Assembly (NCBI GenBank): GCA_048498055.1
Contig: JBEHYS010000014.1
Span: forward strand, 10,624 to 74,623
DNA: 64,000 nt
From: Bacteroidota bacterium
Lineage (GTDB): Bacteria; Bacteroidota; Bacteroidia; Flavobacteriales; Flavobacteriaceae
Direction: 5' to 3'
The notes beneath the pieces are model-generated. The model saw only the letters and a list, made by a program, of their open reading frames with translations, ran no database searches and had not been told where the DNA came from. Of the stretch, positions 55,299 through 64,000 are shown piece by piece. Every line of letters starts with the position of its first letter. Positions within the stretch are counted from its first letter, which is position 1. The translations under genes and the position numbers were made by a program.

Positions 55299-58211
55299 AT
55301 GAAATACTGCATTGCCATATTACTTCTGATCAGCCAGTTTGCCGCCGCGCAATTCCGGAAAATCGACGCGCCCTACGACCGGATGAAAGAATCGGTGTGG
55401 GTCGATAGCATCTACAACCACATGAGCTTCGACGAGCGCGTCGGGCAGCTTTTCATGATTTCGGCATTTTCCAACAAGGATTCGCTGCATGTCAAGCAGG
55501 TCCAGGAACTCATCAAATGCTATCATGTCGGCGGATTGCTGTTCCTTCAGGGCGGCCCGGGTCGTCAGGCGGTACTGACAAATCGGTACCAACAAATGTC
55601 GAAAGTGCCTTTGTTCATCGGTATCGATGCTGAATGGGGTTTGGCAATGCGGCTCGATTCGGTGAACCGTTTTCCGTGGAATATGACTTTGGGCGCGATC
55701 CAGGATTTGAGCCTGATCCGGAAAGTCGGCGTCGAATATGGGAAACAGGCCAGCCGGATGGGCGTCCAGTTCGATTTTGCACCGGTGCTCGACATCAATA
55801 CCAATCCGAAAAACCCGATTATCGGGAACCGTTCGTTCGGCGAAGACAAAGTCAACGTCACCGATCGCGCGATGGAACTCATGAAAGGCATCCAGAGCCA
55901 GGGCGTTTTTGCGACCGGAAAGCATTTTCCGGGGCACGGCGATACGGCCGTTGATTCGCATGTGACTTTGCCGATCGTGACTTTTTCGAAAGAACGGCTC
56001 GAAAGCACCGAATTCTACCCATACCGCAGGCTGTTCAACGAAGGACTGGCTTCGGTTATGGTCGCGCACCTCAATGTGCCGAGCCTTGAGCCGCGGCAGG
56101 GTTATCCCTCATCGATTTCGTACAATGTCGTGACGAACGTATTGCAGAAAGAACTCGGCTTTACCGGGCTGATTTTCACCGATGCACTCAACATGAAAGG
56201 CGCGAGCAATTTCAAACAGCCCGGCGAAATCGATCTCGAAGCTTTTCTGGCCGGTAACGATATTTTGCTGTTTCCCGAAAATGTTCCGGTGGCGCTGGAG
56301 AAATTCTGCGTCGCCTATCAGGATTCCATCATTTCGGAAGAAAGACTGGCACAGTCGGTCAAGAAAATCCTGAAATACAAGTACCGGGCAGGGCTTGACA
56401 TGTACCGTCCGATCAAGATGGAAAATCTCAACAGCGATCTCAATACCGTAGCCAACGACGCGTTCCAGTATGAATTGTACGAAAATGCGATTACTGTCAT
56501 CAAGAACGAAGATGAAATCCTGCCGGTCCAAAATCTCGAAAAGGAAAAAATCGCTTACGTCAAGCTTGGCGACGACAAGCACACGCCGTTTCTGACGACA
56601 TTGCAGAAATATACCGAAGTCACCGAAATCAACGAAGAAAACCTCGACAGCCTGCAGGTCAGGCTCAAACCGTATACGACGGTCATCGTCGGGTTTCACA
56701 AAGCCGACGGCGCCTGGAAAAACCACAATTTCAAACCCGAGGAAATCGCAAAGCTCGATTCGATCTCGAAATACAACAAAGTCATTCTCGACGTCTTCGC
56801 CAAGCCATATTCGCTGCTGCAGGTCGATAATTTCGTCAACATCAAAGGCATCGTCATTTCCTATCAGAATACCGACGTGTCGCAGGTGGTTTCAGCCGAA
56901 ATGATTTTCGGTGCGGTCGAATCGAAAGGCAAACTGCCGGTGACGATCAATGCGATGTTTCCGGTCAATTTCGGGCTGCAGACCAAGAAAATCAACCGGC
57001 TCGGATTTACCGCGCCTGAAAACGTCGGGATGGATTCGAAAATCCTCAACCGCATCGACGATTATGCGAAAAAGGCCATCGACCGGAAAATGACGCCGGG
57101 AATGCAGATTCTCGTGGCACGGAAAGGAAAAGTGATTTACCAGAAATCGTTCGGGACGCATTCGTATGACAACACGATGAAAGTTTCCAATTCCGATATC
57201 TACGACGTGGCTTCGATCACGAAAATGGTTTCGACCCTGCCGAATGTGATGCAGCTTTACGACCAGGGCAAAGTCACTATGGAAACCCGGCTCGGCGATA
57301 TGCTCCCGGTTTTTGCCGACAGCGACAAGAAAAACATCCATTTCAGGGATTTGCTTTCGCATTATGCGCGGCTGCAGGCCTGGATTCCGTTTTACAAATC
57401 GACCCTCGACAGCGCCGGACTGCCAAGCGAAAAGTATTACAGCAAAGTGCTCGATGCGCAGCATTCCAGGCAGGTTGCCGAAAATCTTTTCATCCGCAAT
57501 GATTACCACGATACGATTATGAAAGCCATTGCCGACAGCAAGCTTTTACCGAAAAAAGAGTACAAGTACAGCGATTTCACGTTCATCATCTTAAAGGATT
57601 ATCTCGAAAAGACGACCGGAAAAACCCTTGACAGCCTGAGCTACGACAACTTTTACAAATCGCTGGGGATGAACAACACGCTTTACAATCCGCTCATGAA
57701 ATACGACGCGAGCTCGATTCCGCCGACCGAAAACGACAATTATTTCCGCCATCAGACCATTCAGGGTTATGTTCACGATATGGAAGCGGCGATGGAAGGC
57801 GGAGTTGGCGGCCATGCGGGGATTTTTTCCAATACCATGGACATCGCCAAGATGATGCAGATGTACCTGCAAAAGGGAAATTACGGCAACCGCCAATATT
57901 TTTCGGCGCAAACCTTCGACGATTTCAATACGTGCTGGTTCTGCAAGGAAGGCAACCGGCGCGGGCTCGGTTTTGACAAGCCGCAATTGCCCGGACAGCC
58001 CGGCCCGACCTGCGGCTGCGTTTCGGCTTCGAGTTTCGGGCATACCGGATTCACGGGCGGAATCGCCTGGGCTGATCCCGAAACGGAAATCGTTTACGTA
58101 TTTTTATCCAACCGCACCTATCCGGACAGCAATGCGCCCAATACGCTTTCGAAGGAAAACATCCGCGAAGACATCCAGAAGGTCATCCAACAGGCCATCA
58201 TTAAGCCATGA
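55299..58211 (+). CDS. GH3 beta-N-acetylglucosaminidase fused to a C-terminal beta-lactamase-like serine hydrolase
   Basis: GH3 motifs KHFPGHG and FTDALNM; SxxK (ASITK), YSD and GHTGFTG in the C-terminal domain. Confidence 0.92.
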   Translation: MKYCIAILLLISQFAAAQFRKIDAPYDRMKESVWVDSIYNHMSFDERVGQLFMISAFSNKDSLHVKQVQELIKCYHVGGLLFLQGGPGRQAVLTNRYQQMSKVPLFIGIDAEWGLAMRLDSVNRFPWNMTLGAIQDLSLIRKVGVEYGKQASRMGVQFDFAPVLDINTNPKNPIIGNRSFGEDKVNVTDRAMELMKGIQSQGVFATGKHFPGHGDTAVDSHVTLPIVTFSKERLESTEFYPYRRLFNEGLASVMVAHLNVPSLEPRQGYPSSISYNVVTNVLQKELGFTGLIFTDALNMKGASNFKQPGEIDLEAFLAGNDILLFPENVPVALEKFCVAYQDSIISEERLAQSVKKILKYKYRAGLDMYRPIKMENLNSDLNTVANDAFQYELYENAITVIKNEDEILPVQNLEKEKIAYVKLGDDKHTPFLTTLQKYTEVTEINEENLDSLQVRLKPYTTVIVGFHKADGAWKNHNFKPEEIAKLDSISKYNKVILDVFAKPYSLLQVDNFVNIKGIVISYQNTDVSQVVSAEMIFGAVESKGKLPVTINAMFPVNFGLQTKKINRLGFTAPENVGMDSKILNRIDDYAKKAIDRKMTPGMQILVARKGKVIYQKSFGTHSYDNTMKVSNSDIYDVASITKMVSTLPNVMQLYDQGKVTMETRLGDMLPVFADSDKKNIHFRDLLSHYARLQAWIPFYKSTLDSAGLPSEKYYSKVLDAQHSRQVAENLFIRNDYHDTIMKAIADSKLLPKKEYKYSDFTFIILKDYLEKTTGKTLDSLSYDNFYKSLGMNNTLYNPLMKYDASSIPPTENDNYFRHQTIQGYVHDMEAAMEGGVGGHAGIFSNTMDIAKMMQMYLQKGNYGNRQYFSAQTFDDFNTCWFCKEGNRRGLGFDKPQLPGQPGPTCGCVSASSFGHTGFTGGIAWADPETEIVYVFLSNRTYPDSNAPNTLSKENIREDIQKVIQQAIIKP

Positions 58212-58729
58212 GAAAAATTATCCTGCTTTTTATTGTTTCGAATTTTGCCATCGGCTGCTCGGCCGACCAGGACAATCCGAATGGATTGCTTTATGATTCG
58301 CACCTGAAAGTTGACGACGCGCCGTTCGTCCCGACGAAATATACCGATGAAAACCCGACATGGAACATCACGACGACATTTCAGGGTGAGGACAATTTCG
58401 ATCCGGGATATGTAATCCGGACTTTCAGTCTTGTTTCGCGACACGACGAGCAAATGTATACCGATGAGATTTTTTTGGAAATCAAATATTCCTCGTCACA
58501 GGGAAAAATCAACGGCACGTATGATATTGCAGGAAATGAGGAAGTGGATGCGTATTATCGGAGCAGCACGGCCTTTTTTCATTTTATTTCGGGCTCGGTG
58601 ACAGTAGCCGACCTCGGCCACAACCGGTATTCGCTGAAATTCAACGATGTGCTTGCGCTGGATAATTATGACGGCGCGACCAAAACGGTCAGCGGCAACT
58701 TCAAAGGGACATTTTATCCGCTGAATTGA
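58208..58729 (+). CDS. Hypothetical lipoprotein
   Basis: Lipobox FAIGC followed by acidic residues; ATGA overlap with the upstream gene. Confidence 0.75.
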   Translation: MRKIILLFIVSNFAIGCSADQDNPNGLLYDSHLKVDDAPFVPTKYTDENPTWNITTTFQGEDNFDPGYVIRTFSLVSRHDEQMYTDEIFLEIKYSSSQGKINGTYDIAGNEEVDAYYRSSTAFFHFISGSVTVADLGHNRYSLKFNDVLALDNYDGATKTVSGNFKGTFYPLN

Positions 58730-58777
58730 TTTCAAATCCGGCAATTTTCGTTAAATTCGTAAGCCTAAACAATATCC

Positions 58778-58837
58778 GTGACACGAGCGAAGCGACTGCA
58801 TGAGACTTTTGAAAAACAAATATTAAATTTCGAATGA
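58778..58837 (+). CDS. Putative leader peptide 1 (MTRAKRLHETFEKQILNFE)
   Basis: GTG start; its TGA overlaps the ATG of the next small ORF (ATGA). Translation not demonstrated. Confidence 0.3.
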   Translation: MTRAKRLHETFEKQILNFE

Positions 58838-58871
58838 CACGAGCGCAGCGACTGCATGAGACCTTTGAAAA
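58779..58871 (+). repeat. Two 37-bp direct repeats (35/37 identical), period 56 bp
   Basis: TGACACGAGCG(A/C)AGCGACTGCATGAGAC(T/C)TTTGAAAA at 58779-58815 and 58835-58871. Confidence 0.95.
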
Positions 58872-58890
58872 CAATAACCAAAACGAATGA
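58834..58890 (+). CDS. Putative leader peptide 2 (MTRAQRLHETFENNNQNE)
   Basis: ATG start; its TGA overlaps the bshA ATG (ATGA at 58887-58890). Translation not demonstrated. Confidence 0.35.
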   Translation: MTRAQRLHETFENNNQNE

Positions 58891-60017
58891 AAATTGCCAT
58901 AGTCTGTTATCCGACCTTCGGCGGAAGCGGCGTCGTCGCGACCGAACTCGGTCTTGAACTCGCGCACCGCGGCCACGAAATCCACTTCATCACTTACAGC
59001 CAGCCCGTTCGCCTGGCGCTTTTGAACCCGAATGTACATTACCACGAGGTCAACGTGCCCGAATATCCGCTGTTCCATTATCAGCCTTACGAATTGGCGC
59101 TGTCGAGCAAACTCGTCGACATGGTCAAGCTGCACAACATCGAATTATTGCATGTACATTACGCCATCCCGCATGCCTATGCCGGTTACATGGCCAAGCA
59201 GATGCTCAAGACCGAAGGCATCGACCTGCCGATGGTAACCACGCTTCACGGTACCGATATTACGCTCGTCGGGAATCATCCGGTGTATAAACCCGCGGTA
59301 ACGTTCAGTATCAATGAGTCGGACATCGTCACCTCGGTATCGCAAAGCCTGAAGGACGAAACCTACCGGTTTTTCAACATTACCAAAGACATCCACGTGA
59401 TCCCGAATTTCATCGAACTCGATAAAAATTTCAAGGATCCCAATATTCCGTGCCGCCGTTCCGTTATAGCAAAGGAAAACGAACGGATTGTGACGCACAT
59501 CAGTAATTTCAGGAAAGTCAAGCGCATTCCCGATGTGATCAAGACGTTCCACAAAATCCAGCAGGAAATCCCGGCGCGGCTCATGATGGTTGGCGACGGA
59601 CCGGAAAAGGAAAAAGCCGAAAGCCTGTGCCGCGAACTGGGAATCCAGAATAAGGTTATCTTTTTCGGCAACAGCAATGAAATCGACATGATTTTGAGCT
59701 ATACCGATTTGTTCATGCTGCCTTCGGAAACCGAAAGCTTCGGATTGGCCGCCCTTGAGGCGATGGCTTGGGGCGTTCCGGTGATTTCGACCAACGGCGG
59801 CGGTTTGCCCGAGGTAAATTTTGACGGCGTTTCGGGATATCTCAGCAATGTTGGTGATGTCGATGATATGGCGCAGAACGCTCTGAAAATCCTCAGTGAC
59901 GAAGTCGTTCTTGCCAAGTTTAAGCAAAACGCGCTGGGTGTAGCCAGGCAATTCGACATTATGAACATTCTGCCGTTGTATGAAGCTTTATATCAACAAG
60001 CGATAGATAAAAAATGA
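58887..60017 (+). CDS. bshA: N-acetyl-alpha-D-glucosaminyl L-malate synthase (GT4)
   Basis: Motifs CYPTFGGSGVVATELG, HYAIPHA, TTLHGTDITLVG and ESFGLAALEAM. Confidence 0.93.
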   Translation: MKIAIVCYPTFGGSGVVATELGLELAHRGHEIHFITYSQPVRLALLNPNVHYHEVNVPEYPLFHYQPYELALSSKLVDMVKLHNIELLHVHYAIPHAYAGYMAKQMLKTEGIDLPMVTTLHGTDITLVGNHPVYKPAVTFSINESDIVTSVSQSLKDETYRFFNITKDIHVIPNFIELDKNFKDPNIPCRRSVIAKENERIVTHISNFRKVKRIPDVIKTFHKIQQEIPARLMMVGDGPEKEKAESLCRELGIQNKVIFFGNSNEIDMILSYTDLFMLPSETESFGLAALEAMAWGVPVISTNGGGLPEVNFDGVSGYLSNVGDVDDMAQNALKILSDEVVLAKFKQNALGVARQFDIMNILPLYEALYQQAIDKK

Positions 60018-60442
60018 GAAAAATTGTAGTCTGTTTCTTCACAATTCTGATTGTGGTTTCGTGTGCGCCGAAGCAAACCGCGACCGGAAAAAAACCTTTA
60101 TACGAAGTATTGACACATCAGGAAAACGGCGGCGGGAACATCCATTTTTTCGAGATTGTTTCGGAGCAGAAAGAGCTTCCGATGCTCCAGGGCGATGAAA
60201 ATCTCCGGAAAAAAATCAAGCCTTCCGATATCGACACGTCCAATTTTATCATCCTGAACATGGGCGAAAAAATGACAGGAGGTTATTCAATCGACGTCGT
60301 CAATGTCGAGGAAACAGCCGACAAAATCATCATCACCGTCCGGGAAAACGAACCGGCGCCCGGCGCTATGGTCACGCAGGCCATTACGTACCCGTATACG
60401 GTGGTCAAGATCAATTCAAAGAAACCGATCGAAGTAAAATAA
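60014..60442 (+). CDS. Lipoprotein with a PrcB C-terminal-like domain
   Basis: Lipobox VVSC; MGEKMTGGYSI and TQAITYPY motifs. Confidence 0.8.
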   Translation: MRKIVVCFFTILIVVSCAPKQTATGKKPLYEVLTHQENGGGNIHFFEIVSEQKELPMLQGDENLRKKIKPSDIDTSNFIILNMGEKMTGGYSIDVVNVEETADKIIITVRENEPAPGAMVTQAITYPYTVVKINSKKPIEVK

Positions 60443-60475
60443 AAAAATCCCGTCTTTTCAGGCGGGATTTGTTTT
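60442..60475. terminator. Bidirectional terminator
   Basis: AAATCCCGTC-TTTTCA-GGCGGGATTT flanked by A and T runs between convergent genes. Confidence 0.8.
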
Positions 60476-60485
60476 ATGGATTTGC

Positions 60486-60989
60486 TTAAAACGTAAAGCG
60501 GATTCCCAGTGCGATGTCCGGACCAAAACTGTGGTAATCGTCAAAATCGTCGCGGTCGTCGCCGAAATACAATTCCGGACGGAAATCGAGCGAGAGTTGG
60601 ATCGGTGCGCCGTCAAACAGGTATTCGATACCGAGGTCGCCCGCAGCCAGCAAAAACGTTCCGCTGTCCGGATCGGGATCGCCCGGGCCGTTATAACTCC
60701 AGCGTCCGATACCTGCACCAACTCCTGCATACCAGTTGAAATTCCCGTCAAGGTTCCAGACCCATTGGTACAAACCGACGAGTTTGGTTGCGTCGATGTG
60801 CTTGCTGTCCCGCCAGCCGAGGTCGAACTCGAGGCGGTTGTTGTCCGACAATCCGCGCTGGTAGGAAATCTCACCGCCGAAACCGTCGTTGTCGCCCAAT
60901 CGGAGCCCGAGTGCATTCTTCCTGATTTCCTGCGAATGTGCGCTGAATCCTAATCCGATTAGCATTGCAGCCAGAATGATTCTTTTCAT
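60486..60989 (-). CDS. Small outer-membrane beta-barrel protein
   Basis: Signal peptide AHS-Q; about eight amphipathic strands; C-terminal GIRFTF. Confidence 0.82.
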   Translation of the reverse strand: MKRIILAAMLIGLGFSAHSQEIRKNALGLRLGDNDGFGGEISYQRGLSDNNRLEFDLGWRDSKHIDATKLVGLYQWVWNLDGNFNWYAGVGAGIGRWSYNGPGDPDPDSGTFLLAAGDLGIEYLFDGAPIQLSLDFRPELYFGDDRDDFDDYHSFGPDIALGIRFTF

Positions 60990-61076
60990 ATTTTTATCTT
61001 TAGTTAGTGAAACAAATGTAACGATAAGCCACTATCTAAAAGTGCTGTTTCGTTAAAATTTAACAAATTTTAAAGG

Positions 61077-61910
61077 TCAATTTAGCTGTTTTGAAAAGAG
61101 CAAAGAAGCCAATGCCTGACGGTCGAGCAGCACTTCCATATCGAAAAGATCTTCCTCTTCCGTTTCGGTATTTTCGGAATGGCGGTAGAGTTTCCAGCGC
61201 TTCTTGGTATATTCCAACGCGGTGAGGTTTTCGACCCAGTCGCCCGAATTCAGGTAAAGCGTATCGCCGCTGCGGTTTTCCTTCCGGATGATTTTCGGCT
61301 CGTGGATGTGGCCGCAGATCACGAAATCGTATTTCTTCTCGATCGCCAGATCGGTTGCCGTGGTCTCGAAATCCGAAATGTACCGCACGGCTTTCTTGAA
61401 GCTCGACTTGATTTTTTTCGAAAAGGAGTAAGGCGATTTCCCGATCTTGGTCAACCACCAGTTGACAAAGCGGTTCATCAGGATCAGGTAATCGTAGCCA
61501 AGCCCGCCGAGCTTGGCGATCCATTTGGAATGCTGTACCGAAACGTCGAACACGTCGCCGTGGAAAATCCAGGCCTGCCGCCCGTCGAGCTCGAGTACGA
61601 GCTTGTCGAGGATCGAAATGTTGCCGATCGCTGTATCGCTGAATTTCCGCAGCATTTCGTCGTGGTTGCCCGTAATGTAATAGACCTTCGTGCCTTTGGC
61701 CGCAAAATCGACAATTTTCCTGATGACTTTCAGATGCGCCTTCGGGAAATACGATTTCCGGAATTGCCAGATGTCGATGATGTCGCCGTTGAGTACAAGC
61801 GTTTTTGGCTTAACAGACGACAGATATTGGAAGAGTTCTTTGGCATGGCAGCCGTAAGTTCCCAGATGGACGTCGGAAATCACGACGAGCTCGACTTTTC
61901 TTTTTTTCAT
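61077..61910 (-). CDS. Metallophosphoesterase of the LpxH/PlcP family (PlcP-like)
   Basis: Motifs SDVHLG, GDIID, GNHDE, HGDVFD and GHIH. Confidence 0.85.
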   Translation of the reverse strand: MKKRKVELVVISDVHLGTYGCHAKELFQYLSSVKPKTLVLNGDIIDIWQFRKSYFPKAHLKVIRKIVDFAAKGTKVYYITGNHDEMLRKFSDTAIGNISILDKLVLELDGRQAWIFHGDVFDVSVQHSKWIAKLGGLGYDYLILMNRFVNWWLTKIGKSPYSFSKKIKSSFKKAVRYISDFETTATDLAIEKKYDFVICGHIHEPKIIRKENRSGDTLYLNSGDWVENLTALEYTKKRWKLYRHSENTETEEEDLFDMEVLLDRQALASLLFSKQLN

Positions 61911-62120
61911 AAGAACGAGTTTTTATTCCGCTGCGCTCCATACAGTTCGGCTGGAGCCTCGGGTGAGGTTTAGCAAATTAACCTTCACAATGTGAATTGA
62001 ATCCAAAGGGAAGATTAAGAAAAAGGAAATTTCAAATTCCAATTTGTCAAACTTGGCATTTCGAGTTTCAGATTTGGGAATTTTAACCTTACATTTGTTC
62101 ACCGACGAAATAAAGACACT

Positions 62121-63182
62121 ATGGCCGGAAACAGTTTCGGAACGCTTTTTAAAATCACGACTTTCGGCGAATCGCACGGCGAGGCGCTCGGCGGAATCAT
62201 CGAAGGCTGCCCACCGGGAATCACGATCGATACCGACGCGGTCCAATACGAAATGTCGCGCCGCAAACCCGGCCAGTCCGCCATCGTTTCCCAGCGAAAG
62301 GAAGCCGACAAAGTTCAATTTCTCTCGGGGATTTTCGAAGGGAAAACCACCGGAACGCCAATCGGGTTCCTAATTTCCAACGCCGACCAGAAACCCGCTG
62401 ATTATTCGCACATCAAAAACACGTATCGTCCCGGCCACGCCGATTACGTTTACGAAAAGAAATACGGCCTGCGCGATTACCGTGGCGGCGGAAGAAGCTC
62501 TGCCCGCGAAACCGCAAGTCGCGTCGCAGCCGGAGCGGTCGCAAGGCAAATCCTGCCCGATGTAAAAATCAATGCATTTGTGTCTTCGGTCGGTGACATT
62601 TTTATCGACAAGCCGTATCAGGAACTGGATTTTTCGAAAACCGAAACCAATCCCGTGCGTTGTCCCGACGAACAGACCGCCGAAAAAATGGAAACGCTGA
62701 TCCGGGAAATCCGCAGCCAGGGCGATACAATAGGCGGAACGGTTACCTGCGTTTTGCAGAATGTTCCTATCGGATTGGGTGAGCCGGTTTTCGACAAGCT
62801 CCATGCCGAGCTCGGCAAGGCGATGCTTTCGATCAATGCGGTAAAAGGCTTCGAATACGGAAGCGGATTTTGCGGTTCCCGGATGAAAGGCAGCGAACAT
62901 AACGATCAGTACAACGCAGACGGCACGACAAAAACAAACCTGGCCGGCGGCATACAAGGCGGTATTTCAAACGGGATGGATATTTATTTTCGCGTCGCGT
63001 TCAAACCTGTATCGACTATAATGCAATCCCAGCAAACGCTCGACAATCAAGGAAATATCATTGATTTGCAGGGCAAAGGCCGTCACGATCCGTGCGTCGT
63101 GCCTCGCGCCGTACCCATTGTGGAAGCGATGGCGGCAATCGTGCTCGCCGATTTTTACCTGATCAATAAAATGTATAAATAG
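62121..63182 (+). CDS. aroC: Chorismate synthase
   Basis: Motifs [20 protein letters not shown] and GRHDPC. Confidence 0.97.
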   Translation: MAGNSFGTLFKITTFGESHGEALGGIIEGCPPGITIDTDAVQYEMSRRKPGQSAIVSQRKEADKVQFLSGIFEGKTTGTPIGFLISNADQKPADYSHIKNTYRPGHADYVYEKKYGLRDYRGGGRSSARETASRVAAGAVARQILPDVKINAFVSSVGDIFIDKPYQELDFSKTETNPVRCPDEQTAEKMETLIREIRSQGDTIGGTVTCVLQNVPIGLGEPVFDKLHAELGKAMLSINAVKGFEYGSGFCGSRMKGSEHNDQYNADGTTKTNLAGGIQGGISNGMDIYFRVAFKPVSTIMQSQQTLDNQGNIIDLQGKGRHDPCVVPRAVPIVEAMAAIVLADFYLINKMYK

Positions 63183-63183
63183 T

Positions 63184-63277
63184 TTCAGGAGCCGTTTCCC
63201 GCTCTTCGCTGCAAGTCCTCGCTCGCTTACTCGCTGTGGGCTTTCCGCTTCTCCCGACGCTTCGGGACCGGGCTAGG
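63184..63277 (+). ncRNA. Dispersed structured element resembling the Flavo-1 RNA motif, interrupted by a 17-bp palindrome
   Basis: TCAGGAGCC...CCCGCT...CGCTGCAAGTCC-hairpin-GGGCTTTCCGCT...GGGCTAG. Family assignment is from memory, not a search. Shares 19-bp and 12-bp exact matches with 30781-30865. Confidence 0.55.
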
Positions 63278-63296
63278 GCTTTCCAATTCACGACAT

Positions 63297-64000
63297 ATGA
63301 CAAACGCAAACGAAACAAAAAAATCTTTCCTGTCCAATTTAACGGTCCAGATCCTGATCGCGATGGTTTTGGGCGGTATACTTGGAATCTGCATCCACAA
63401 CAATATGGCCGAAGACGCCGCGAAAAATTTCAGCGATTACATCAAGATGCTCGCGACGATTTTCATCCGGTTGGTCCAGATGATCATTTCGCCGCTGGTC
63501 TTTACGACATTAGTTGTAGGAATCGCGAAACTCGGCGACATCAAGGCCGTCGGCAGGATCGGAGGCAAGGCGCTCGGGTGGTTTTTTACCGCGTCGTTCA
63601 TCTCGCTTCTGATCGGGATGTTCTGGGTCAACGTCCTGCATCCGGGAACCGGACTCAATCTTTCAGGCCTCGACGTTTCGACGGCAGCCGAAGTCACCGA
63701 AAAAACGCAGGGATTTTCAGCCCAGAATTTCATAGAACACATCATCCCGAAAAGCATCGTCGAGGCGATGGCCGGAAATGAGATCCTGCAGATCGTCATT
63801 TTCTCGATTTTCTTCGGACTGGCCGCGGCATCGATTGGCGACACCGCAAAGCCGGTCATCCGTGCCCTCGATAAGACTTCGCACGTGATTCTGAAAATGG
63901 TAAACTATGTGATGAAATTCGCGCCGCTTGGCGTTTTCGGGGCGATTGCCGCAGTTTTTGCGATCCGCGACCTCAATGATCTGTTGCTGACCTACGTCAA
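63297..64000 (+). CDS. gltP: Dicarboxylate/amino acid:cation symporter (DAACS), runs off the window
   Basis: Manual translation from ATG 63297: LTVQILIAMVLG...FIRLVQMIISPLVF...NEILQIVIFSIFFG...MKFAPLGVF. Confidence 0.9.
   Translation, partial: MTNANETKKSFLSNLTVQILIAMVLGGILGICIHNNMAEDAAKNFSDYIKMLATIFIRLVQMIISPLVFTTLVVGIAKLGDIKAVGRIGGKALGWFFTASFISLLIGMFWVNVLHPGTGLNLSGLDVSTAAEVTEKTQGFSAQNFIEHIIPKSIVEAMAGNEILQIVIFSIFFGLAAASIGDTAKPVIRALDKTSHVILKMVNYVMKFAPLGVFGAIAAVFAIRDLNDLLLTYV

Noticed and set aside
58779-58871. Mini CRISPR array (two 37-bp repeats)
   Set aside because: Only two units, a 19-nt spacer (too short), no resemblance to Bacteroidota type II or VI repeats I know, and no cas gene in the window. 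Reported instead as a coupled leader-ORF repeat.
62025-62085. Further heptamer or inverted array upstream of aroC
   Set aside because: Periodicity is too degenerate to call by eye; only a short AAATTCC/GGAATTT inverted match is clear.

Overview
This window is core chromosome of a Flavobacterium-like bacterium (Bacteroidota, Flavobacteriaceae), judged from gene content and order and from TAnnTTTG promoter boxes. I call about 55 coding regions, mostly housekeeping (prfB, ltaE, ptrB, yebC, prc, gcvT, hutH, clpC, gyrA, rsmE, tsaD, tamB, pfkA, gap, mgsA, an lptD-like gene, bshA, aroC and others). There are three tRNAs: Ser-GCT, Pro-TGG and Arg-TCT. I saw no integrase, transposase, phage, cas gene or CRISPR array. 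Two genes are frameshifted as given (ybaB and an alkB-like gene), and prfB has its normal programmed +1 frameshift. The unexplained signal lies mostly in small ORFs and intergenic DNA. (1) Two tandem small proteins share a C-terminal motif, NRxYxxFxNHSSAxDQPxTxT. (2) Two tandem 18-19 aa leader ORFs are chained by ATGA overlaps into bshA. (3) A ~520-bp highly base-paired element with inverted hairpin ends follows mgsA. (4) The same 17-bp palindrome occurs inside ybaB and inside a dispersed repeat. (5) A modular repeat family has three copies. (6) An att-like scar lies at tRNA-Arg. (7) Inverted heptamer arrays sit between genes. (8) A promoter motif is shared by the pit operon and a PlcP-like gene. 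All family assignments come from motif recognition by eye; no database searches or folding programs were run.
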